A stretch of DNA of 59,010 nt, the filler included, from Sphacelaria rigidula (lineage: Eukaryota): NCBI GenBank assembly GCA_964200075.2. It is 7 parts of 7 records of this genome, joined end to end, with 100 filler letters (N's around TTAATTAATTAA, not from the genome) between each part and the next. Parts side by side here need not be neighbours in the genome. Positions count along the whole stretch, not along the records: positions 42,225 to 50,567 come from CAXNAA020011447.1; positions 50,668 to 59,010 come from CAXNAA020011448.1; 5 more parts are not named here. One strand, 5' to 3'. Below, in pieces: positions 50,103-59,010 of this stretch; position 1 is the stretch's first letter, and each line of letters opens with the position of its first letter. The notes under the pieces are model-generated. The model ran no database searches and was not told the DNA's origin. It saw only the letters and a list, made by a program, of their open reading frames with translations. Both the position numbers and the translations under genes were made by a program.

Positions 50103-50567
50103 AAAAAAGTATTTTCAGGGCCTGTCTTAGCACTTTCCTTTTCGATCGAAAAAATGAGGCGGTGGAATTGATTCGAGCGAAACATTCTCGTTTTGATGCA
50201 GTTGGATCCGGATGGATTTTAAAGCTTTCGATCGAAGAAAGACAATGAAAATGGTGAAACGGTACATGGTCACTCGTGTACAGTACAGACAGTCTGTACT
50301 GTCTGCACTGCTTGCAAGCAGGGTGTCTTGAGTGCGTGGGTGCGTGTTTCGTGCAGGAGGATATAAAGGAGAAGCGGGCAACGCGCAGTGCAGACTGCCC
50401 AGGACTATCAATTTTCTTTGCTTACAATGCAACGTGAAAATGACTTCATTCAGCAACGTGCAGCTTTGTACTGCCTGCTGCACTGTTCATGAGCGTGCAC
50501 GCAACTTGGTCTGCAGTTCACAGCGATATGCTCAAGTCGAGCTGATTTGGTACACTTGAGGAGTTAT

Positions 50568-50667
50568 NNNNNNNNNNNNNNNNNNNNNNNNNNNNNNNNN
50601 NNNNNNNNNNNTTAATTAATTAANNNNNNNNNNNNNNNNNNNNNNNNNNNNNNNNNNNNNNNNNNNN
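50568..50667. other. Artificial contig linker
   Basis: 44 N + TTAATTAATTAA + 44 N. Confidence 0.98.
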
Positions 50668-51073
50668 CTATTGCCCATATCACGCACATCGAGAACGCCT
50701 TCCATTTAAGCGACTAATATCCGCCGTCACAGGCCCTCCACACCGACCACGTTTCGAAATTTTTCTCGTACCCGCTTCTCGTGCTGGCGTTAACTGGCGC
50801 GTGGGCTAGTATTTCTACTAGCTTCGCAACGCCCTTCTCGTCTCTGGCGGGGCCTCCCTTTTGTCCTGCGAGAGTATCACGAGTTCAGCGCGGGTTCAGT
50901 CTGCTTGTCGGGACATTATGTTCCAGATCTGTGCATCTAGGCTGTGGTCCAGGGGTCTTTTTTGCAGAATCAATTCGAGTATCTCTCTGCCTCGATTTCC
51001 TAGCTCTAGCCGCTTCCAATTGAGATTTCCTGTCAACGGTGCTACCCTCTCGGCCACCTCCGACTCCGGCCAT
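50668..51073 (-). pseudogene. 5' end of the tyrosine recombinase ORF, overlapping the RNase H end
   Basis: The frame of ORF 51073-50885 continues past a stop into VNASTRSGYEKNFETWSVWR, the STxxxYxxxWxxW N-terminus typical of DIRS/Ngaro YR; truncated by the contig end. Confidence 0.6.
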
Positions 51074-53188
51074 CTCGAGATGCCGTCTGCTAGCTCGTTT
51101 TCAACGCCAGGTATGTGTTTCGCTATAGTACACCACCCGGTGGCGACTTCCATGCGGCCCGTCATTCGCATCAGGAGGGCGGCGCGTCTGTCTTTTGATC
51201 CCCGGCATTTATTTACCCAGTGTACAGCCGACGAGTTGTCGCCGCGCATCAGGATAGGATCCCCTCTCTCTGTGGGCCTTTCGCCCTGAAACATTTGGAT
51301 TGCGCAGGCGGTCATGAACATTCCACACAGTTCTAGAAGATTGATAGTGATCGCGCAGCTTTCTCTTTTTTTGCTCTTCAGTTCGCATGTGAGCTCATGG
51401 GGTAAAGAGTACCGCCAGAATAGCCCGAGCTCTGGGCAGTACCCGCCCACCGCTGCCAGGCTCGCGTCGGAGATGTATCCACGAGATGCGGTGCGTTTTG
51501 TGTGGGCAAAGAATGGAGCGCTAAGCGATTGCCCGCGATGCACCAGGTTCTCCGCGATAGCCCATTTCCAAAAGGCGATATCCTCGTGAAACTCCCAGCC
51601 AAGGTTCACTGTTCGTCTCACCTTACGTTTCTTTTTCGCGGCTACGTGTAGGTTGGCGAGACGTTGTAGTTGCCACACAAAGTATTTCCCGGGTCTTACA
51701 ACGAACGTGAGGTTCCAGAGTTTTCCAGCTATGCTAAGTACGTCTTGCGCGGTCGTGCGTGTCTTGCCCGCGGGCCAGTCGCGCTCCAGCGAATCTTTGA
51801 TAGCTTCGACCTTTTCTCGAGTGACCGCTATCCGCATGGTGTGCGTGTCGATCGTGAATCCCAACGAATCTACGCTGGTGTCCCAGTTTGTATTTTTGTT
51901 AGGTGCAAGGATGGGTATCTCACCCGGCTCTCCGGGACCAAATAGGCTGATGTGATCTGAGGCTAGCGAAGCTGACGCGACTAGCGCCGATTTATCTTGC
52001 GCGCCGTGCTGTACCCTTGCAAGGATATAGCCGTCCACATACACGCTAAAGAAAAAGGGGTCGTGGAATCCCCCCCCGGTTGCTGGGGGAATGGCAGCAT
52101 CGGGCGGGACCTTTGTAGGTGTCCCTTCTGCCCAGGGCTCGACTATGGTCGTGTGTTTCATCATCTCCCTACCTTCGTCGAGTATTACGGCGTCGAGTAT
52201 TGTGGTATTGCAGTGTTCATGTTCAGTAGCCTGTGATAAGAGTCCCCAGTGGCCGGGGGACCCCGTCCATCCAAACGTGAGCCGAAAGTCTGCTACTGTA
52301 ACGTCGTCTACCACGTAGCAGCAGTTTTGCGCCTGGTCGAGCGCGATCCTGACATATCTTAATGCATTCGAGATATCCGCCTTTGACAGTAGGATTCTAC
52401 TATCCGGAAACTTGACACGTAACCTCAGGACTTCATTCAGTAGTTTTGGGAGTGCCTCTCCGCAGAGGCATTGTGGCACCTCGTCCACAATCGTGTCCCG
52501 GTTGAGACCGCCTTTTTCTCCCTTCGATCCGCTCGGGTCAAACGAAAAATCGTTGATAATCCTGACTAGTTACTACTGCCCCAAGGGGGGCCACTCTGAG
52601 GCCGCTGATTTCAAGCGCCGCCCCTTTTTCAAACACCAGGCATCTGTTTCTTTGTACATCCTCAATCAACTTCTCCCAGACTTGAGGCATGTGTTCTTTG
52701 ATACTGCGGTGATTACCGTATTTCAGTGCTCCTCGAAGATCGGGAACGCTAGGCGATGTGCTCATTGGTACTCCGTACTCAATCATGTGCAGAAGTTCTC
52801 GTATCCGAGGGAAGTGTTTTTGGTTTGCGAAATACTCGTGGAGGTCTCTCAGGTTCATCGGCGTTGACACCAGAGTGCCGTCGAGCCCCTTCGCTACATC
52901 TCCGATTCTTCCATGGTTGAGTCGGACGAGACTCGTGCAGGTGGCGGCTAGGTCTGTGATCATGCGTTTCATTTCTGTTAGGTCTATGTGTGTATTCGAG
53001 AGTTTTTTCTGTTGCTGTTTCCACCGGGTATTGAGGTTTTTGCTTGTGTGGTCTGTGTGTCCGGTTGGGCTTCGGTGGCGTGTGGTCCCAACTGGAGGTG
53101 AGATTCTCACCGACCCGAATTTTCGCCTACCGATGATCTCCTTACTATCGGTGCTGTTCTTTTTCTCTGCTGGCTTCTCACTCGTCAA
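50896..53188 (-). mobile_element. DIRS/Ngaro-type RT-RNase H (frameshifted, catalytic YVDD changed to YVDG)
   Basis: NHRSIKEH...APLGAVV, frameshift, IINDFSF, SKADISNA, LTFGWTGSPGHW, YVDG (52030-52041), SLGFTIDT, ISDAS...GGY, INLLEL, GDNSSAV.WVN, HIPGVENELADGISR. Confidence 0.9.
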
Positions 53189-54149
53189 CGTGTGCGAGCC
53201 GTTGTCTGGGGTTACTTGTGTGTAACTATAATCAACGGTTTTGCGTTAGTGCACCGGGTGCTGTTTTGAACTCGTGCACGCTTTGCGCTCGTCAACATGG
53301 ACGTGCCGTTGTCCAGGGTTCCCTCGGAACGGCCAGACAACGGGTCTTCTTCTGCACCTCTATGTTCCTTTGCTCCCCTGAAGTCACAGGTTATCGAGGT
53401 TGCACGCTTTGCGCTCGTCCACATGGACGTGCCGTTGTTCAGGGATCCCTCGGAACTGCCGAACGCCGGGTCTTCTTCTGCATTGGGTGTGATTCGAATT
53501 TCACGGGGAGCGTGAGTTCTGTTATTGTCTGATCTCCCGACGTTCAGGGTTACCTGTGCGTAACTGCCGACCGCCGGATCTGCTTCTACATGTCTCCTGT
53601 CTGTGGGGATGTGCGAAGTGGTGTTGGCGTGGTGTCTGCGTGTACTACTGTTGTTTTCGTTAGTCATGGACGGGCGGATTACCTGATCTTGTTGCTGACT
53701 TACCTGTGCGCGTTCGTGCTTTCCGTTGTACCTCAATATCGACCGATTACAGTGATCGTGCGGGCCGTCGATCGTGTGATTGTTGTTTTTCGTGTCATTG
53801 CGCAGGGCGGTGATCTCGTCGAGTATTTCATGCATGTGAGCTCTACCATCCAATCTAGTGTACCCTGCCGGCCTTTGCTTGTTACAGTACGTCTTGATGG
53901 GGTTGGTCATGGAAGTTTTTTTCGGTTGTGGGAAATGCGGAATGGAACTACGTGGTCTACCGCTGTGACGCGCATATGGTTTGTTACGTGCGTTGGTACT
54001 TCTGCTTTCACCGTGAAAGAAGCTTGCCGCCACCGACCCCGGTTGGGGGGCCTGGGCGATACCCACCGACCTCGCTGAGTCCATGACCGGTGTTCCTCCT
54101 CCCCCCAGACTGGTAGGCCCCGCCGACTGGCGGAGCCCGCACCCTCAGG

Positions 54150-54880
54150 TGCCCCGCCCAGCTCCGCCATTTCCGCCGAAGTTGTGGGGAAAACGCGCCA
54201 CTGTACTCGCTGCGGTCGCCGGTGCTGCTGGCGCTGATGGTTTCGCCGTCGCCGCCGTCGGGGCTGTTGGAGTTATCTGGAACGCCGCTGGCGGCTGGAG
54301 GGGAGGGCCTCCGACGGCTTCATTCCTGCTGGTGTGGTCCGGGAGGCGGCAGCCGCACCCCCGTGGGCATGTGAGGCCCTGCCAAGCTCATAAGCAGACG
54401 CCCGCCGGCGGGGCCCATTACGCCAGTTCCGTGTTGAAATCGGTCTTCGGTGGCGTGAGGTGTTGCCACTGGGGCGGGTACGGCGGGGGTGGAGGAGCGA
54501 CGCGTTTGACCGCGTTGCTCGTGCCCCCGTCGGGGAGTGCCTTTCGCTTGACGGCTATCTTGGGGGCGGGCTGCGCGAGTGAGCCTGCTACCGCGAGCCC
54601 GGGGTTTTGGCGACCGATGAGGCTGCTGGGGTGGCCGCCGGCGGTTAGCGTTTTCACACGGGTGAACGATGGCACCGGCACCGCGGGGCCCTGCCCGTTG
54701 GCGGGTGGGGCGGCGGGAGACTCCATGCGTAGGTTCAATCCCGCGTCCCTGCATTCGGTGAGCCACCTGTTGATGTCGTGGTTGAAATCAGTGACTATGC
54801 AGGTTTTGACGGCCGCCTCGTCTCTGTGTAGAGCGGCGTAATTTTTCCCCGTATACGCGTCCAGCGCCGACGCCATCCCC
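54150..54880 (-). pseudogene. Ngaro-like gag with CCCH finger
   Basis: Pro/Ala-rich ORF 54876-54418 continues past stops into VCL*AWQGLTCPRGCGCRLPDH. Confidence 0.6.
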
Positions 54881-55435
54881 GTCAGCTCTCCTGTGATGAA
54901 AATCGATCAAGTGCCAGGGACTTCTGTACTACTGAGACTGCTGGCATGTCGCTGACTGGTCAACTGGTGTCGGGTGATACTGTCTGCTTCTTTGGTGCTC
55001 TTGCACCAGACCAGTCTCGCCCGCTTGAACCAACTCTGCGGCGTTTGCGCCTTGGACACGCGATCCCTTATATCTTATTTCAACTTCGGCATACGCCAGA
55101 GTACATCCCTTATAATTCGTCATCCGCCAACAGAAACCTCGTATTGATACTGAATGCACCCAACTTGACAGGGTATTGTCCCTTCGACCCTGCCGCTGTA
55201 GCCGAATGTCCACCTGTGCACCTTTTGAACATGAATCAGTGATACGAATGCACTCTTCTGTAATGTGAACATACTATTAATAGGTGAGGTAGAAATAGTC
55301 CTGTATACAAGGCTGCATCTACCGTGCTGTTATTATACAACAGTCCAACTGCTCATTTTCAAGAGACGTTTATTCGGTAGTTCAACGCATCACAATGGTT
55401 GGGGAAGAAACATTTACCACTGTCATATATATTAA

Positions 55436-55533
55436 CCCTTAGACCGCGAGATTAGTCTTTCTGGATCATACATACTCTTTTTCATTTGAAATTGATGCCG
55501 ATTCAACAGAAGACTAACCTGGCGGTCCAAGGG
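55436..55533 (+). mobile_element. Complete 98-bp piggyBac MITE
   Basis: TTAA on both sides; ~27-bp TIR CCCTTAGACCGCGAGATTAGTCTTTCTG vs CCCTTGGACCGCCAGGTTAGTCTTCTG. Confidence 0.93.
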
Positions 55534-55949
55534 TTAAACACTCCACGAAAGCATGTTTAAATTATCAAAGTTGTATCTCAAACTCGGACTGAAAAAAATA
55601 GAACAAAGAGCTAGCGAATAAACCAAGAAACCGAGGGCAAAGTTGGATATACCTCTGTTGATGATAAGATGAAAAGAGTAGATATCCATGCCTCGTCAGC
55701 AAGTGACCTGCTGTCGTGGTCAAATAGTTCAAACTGTACGGTCATGCGAACTCCACAGCCGTTGCTGTTCTACGTCGACGAGACATGCGAATAGTCGTGA
55801 TCATATTCGTTGACCAGAATCGGTCCTGTCCATAGAAACTTCTGACCACGAGGAAAGTTCCTCGGGTGTCGGATTGACTGCTACAAAAAGGTTTTCGAGA
55901 AATGGCGAGTAGAGCGCCTATTGAGAGTGACTTTGATCAATCGATTACA

Positions 55950-56460
55950 CTTGGCCAAATTCTCATTCCGTGTGTACTCTTCCTTGCCTCTATTACCGGC
56001 ACATGCTTTCAGTGACACGTTCACATCATAATAAGGGATATCAAGGGCCACAGTGGCAAGCTACTACAGAAAGCATATTGTGCGTCGTGATGGTGCTGTC
56101 GGAACGTGAATAAACCACCCACATATTGACCGCATTACGCTCTCTCTGTGTAATATTTACTCTCTCCAGCTCACGAAAACACTGTTATGCCGAGAGCACC
56201 TTCGATCATTCGCTTTCACATGGGCAAATATTCATTCCGTATGTTCTCTTCTTTGCCCCCATCATTGGCGTTTGCATCTAGCGACACATCGATATCATGC
56301 TGAGGGATATGAACGGCATCAGGGACAAGCTACCACAGATAGCATGTAGTGCGTGGTGGAAGTGCATTTAGGATTTGAAATAAATCATTCACTGACTGAC
56401 CGCTATACGTTTTCACTGTGTAACATCTACTCTCAAGCTAACTAAAACACTGTTCATCCT
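55950..56460. repeat. Diverged ~270-bp tandem duplication
   Basis: TCATTCCGT.TGT.CTCTTC, AGGGATAT.AA.GG, CAAGCTAC.ACAGA.AGCAT and AAAACACTGTT recur at ~270-bp spacing. Confidence 0.8.
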
Positions 56461-57810
56461 GCATGCAGAGCTATTTGTGAACTGTCAGTGTACCTTGGTA
56501 GCACCAGTTATGAAAGTCCTGCATACAGAGCTACACCTCACACGTGGACAGATAGTACCCTGTGGGGCGCACTGTGCAGGGTCCGTAGAGGGTCCTCCAC
56601 AGTCTTTGTGAAAAAACCCTGACAGTGCAATGCAAAATCTGTACCCATCGCAGCGTTTTGATAAGGTTTCCCCAGGGTTGAATTTGCAGCCCTGTGTAGG
56701 CACATCGGCAAAGCCCTGCACAGTCATGTGGTCGTGTTTTGGTAAAAAAAAACTCCATTTTATTTTTCGAAAATTCCAAATATTTTGGTACAAAATCTGT
56801 AAATGTTTTATATCTTCAATACCTTGTCCTCCTGTCCGAGGTAAATTCTTCTTCACCCGATTTGAGTCGAGCGAAAACGAATTTATTTTGGACAGCAGGT
56901 CAAGCTAGATCCAAAACAGATCCTTTCCTCGCCCGATTAATTTCGGCAAAGAAAAGGATTTACTTAGAACAGCAGAAGAAGCTGTTCAAGATCGATCCTT
57001 TTTTCGCCCATTTTCGAGATGAGCGAAAAGCGATCTATTTCGAACAGCTCCTTTTGCTACGCAAATCCCATGCACACTGGCAGATTCGGAATTTGACCGG
57101 CAGAAGAAGCTCGAAATGAATATTTACTTTTCCCTCAAATTCATCCAGAGATTGAGGGAAAGGAAACTCATGGTGAGCAGCGTCAGCTGCTGGGCAAATC
57201 CCGCATACTGCATCGTCACCGGCGCATGGGATCCGACACGCAGAAAAAGTTGCTGAAAGGTATTCATCCTTTTACCCCCGAGTCCATGTGTACATGGGCT
57301 GAAGGATAAATAGCTCTCAACCGCTTTCGCTGAACAGAGATCCCACACGTTGGATACGTGGGTATGTCCACACCTGTGCATCGTGTGGAGGCCCCTGGGA
57401 AGGTGGGAGTGTGCGGACTGTTCGGATATACCTCGTGCATCTATTTACATTTTCCCCAAAACCCCGTCTTCCATTGTCTACTAACACGAACCATGTTTAG
57501 AAAATATCACTCAATCAATCGTATATGAATATAGTATATATCTGGATCATATCACTCCGTGTATTTATCACCACACACAAATCGAACATCACCAAAAGCA
57601 CCCGCCCGCACAACGGTGATATTATTCCGCCCAGCTATACGACCACAACCCCGCAGCAAAGAGCACGCGGATTGGGCACAGGGATACAGACACATACACG
57701 CACTGCCGTGCGGCGGGTGGATATGATGTATTTCTCGTTGGTGGAAACTTGAGCACCTACTTCTTTCATGGTCGCGACATCGCGCGCGGCGACGACATAC
57801 GCGGGGTGCG

Positions 57811-57834
57811 TATATATATATATATATATATATA
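57811..57834 (+). repeat. (TA)12 microsatellite
   Basis: Direct reading. Confidence 0.95.
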
Positions 57835-58847
57835 CAGCAGGCACGGGTGCGAAGAACAACAATCAACCGGCCGCCTATGGTGTGCATATACATACTCACC
57901 ACCACATGCATGCTGCGGGTCGCAGACGCACCGCGATATAATATATACTGTAGTGCAGCATATACAGGCCGCGCGTACACGATATTATGCTGCACGTTGT
58001 TCAAGTCGTTTTCACGTCGCACTGTAGGTAGAGAACATACGTATACACATTATCCTGCGCTGTCTGTACTGTATACGTTTCCCCTTCCCTTTCGCACGCC
58101 CTATTTACTGTACTGCAGCAGCTGTGTGCGCAAATATATGATGTGGACCGGGCGTGAAAAACTGGAGTTCGTGACGGTATATAACACCCGCCCCATATAT
58201 CAAAATGAGCTGCAGGCATCTATACATTGTATTTATAGCCAGCCATCTACAGTACATGGCGCCGCACGTATAAGCACGGCGGTATAGCGCACTGTCCCGC
58301 ATGCAACGGTATTGTACAGTCCAGTATAGTCTATTGTTATGAATATACATCCTGATTACGCAGTATGCGATAAGATCGATGTTTCATTATCCCCTGTATA
58401 TTGTGTTAGTTTCGTCGACGCGGGACTACGGGGTTTTCGTCAGGTGTATGTATCTATTAGCGAGGTCAACTACCCTCCGTCATTATGGCATCAGTTGCAA
58501 CAAAAGCTCGTTTGCAGTAAGTAGGACTTGAACAGCTGAAGCTGCTCGCGAGTAAGTTCTTTCTCCACCCAATTTCAGGTGTTCTTGGTGGTGTACAAGA
58601 TATACAGTGTATATATAGGATTGTCTGTACAGCTGAAGCTCTTCGAAATGAATCCTTCCTCATCTATATTCCAAGTTTGGAATTAGGATATATTTCGAAC
58701 AGCAGCGGTTGTCCAAATTTCAGATTTCCATTAAACTTGTGCCTTTGAAAACAATTCGGGGGATTCCAGTGTTATTGACACGGACCTTCGAGGGCCGCTC
58801 CAAAATTCAGAAGTACAAAAACCTCGCCCGATCCTTAACGACTACCA

Positions 58848-58930
58848 CGCGTAGCTCCGTGTTTTACCCGCGGGCGACATGATTGTGAAGCCGAGGGTTC
58901 GATTCCCGTCCAACCTGATCAGTTCTTTTT
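58848..58930 (+). mobile_element. Degenerate tRNA-like SINE head
   Basis: GCGTAGCTCCGTG (A-box-like) ... GAGGGTTCGATTCCC (B box); no canonical cloverleaf. Confidence 0.45.
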
Positions 58931-59010
58931 ACCGCCAGTACCTTGCGCCCGCAGCTGCATGTGAAGAGTAGTGTTTGTGCGTAAACACACTGCACAGCAT
59001 TCCCAGGAGC

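Noticed and set aside
8347-50667. TTAATTAATTAA recurring every ~8.44 kb as a biological periodic motif
   Set aside because: Always embedded in 44 N on each side; a synthetic all-frame-stop linker
54083-54841. 252-aa plus-strand ORF
   Set aside because: GC-rich antisense shadow of the Ngaro gag

Overview
Eukaryotic, intron-containing, transposon-dominated DNA. The repeat families and intron style suggest a brown alga or other stramenopile, but this is inference only. The window is not one locus. It is seven short contigs (8346, 8346, 8344, 8344, 8344, 8343, 8343 bp, i.e. size-sorted) joined by artificial 100-bp linkers (44 N + TTAATTAATTAA + 44 N), so nothing can be inferred across junctions. 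Contig 1: decayed transposase-like exons and a TIR element. Contig 2: a decayed Mutator-like element with a Ulp1 protease, plus three in-phase exons of a non-RD protein kinase. Contig 3: a tandem array of ~100-bp piggyBac MITEs, two hAT MITEs with 8-bp TSDs and a piggyBac transposase remnant. Contig 4: a decayed intron-containing Helitron apparently preceded by a USP-type deubiquitinase domain. Contig 5: an unusual 818-bp fold-back element built from tRNA-derived SINE units with terminal hairpins, TGT...ACA ends and a 4-bp TSD, and a decayed chromodomain Ty3/Gypsy element. Contig 6: SINEs and a second SWIM/Ulp1 remnant. Contig 7: a DIRS/Ngaro tyrosine-recombinase retrotransposon. The fold-back element at 34867-35684 is the most novel-looking item. 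Domain calls on decayed elements come from manual motif reading and need HMM confirmation.
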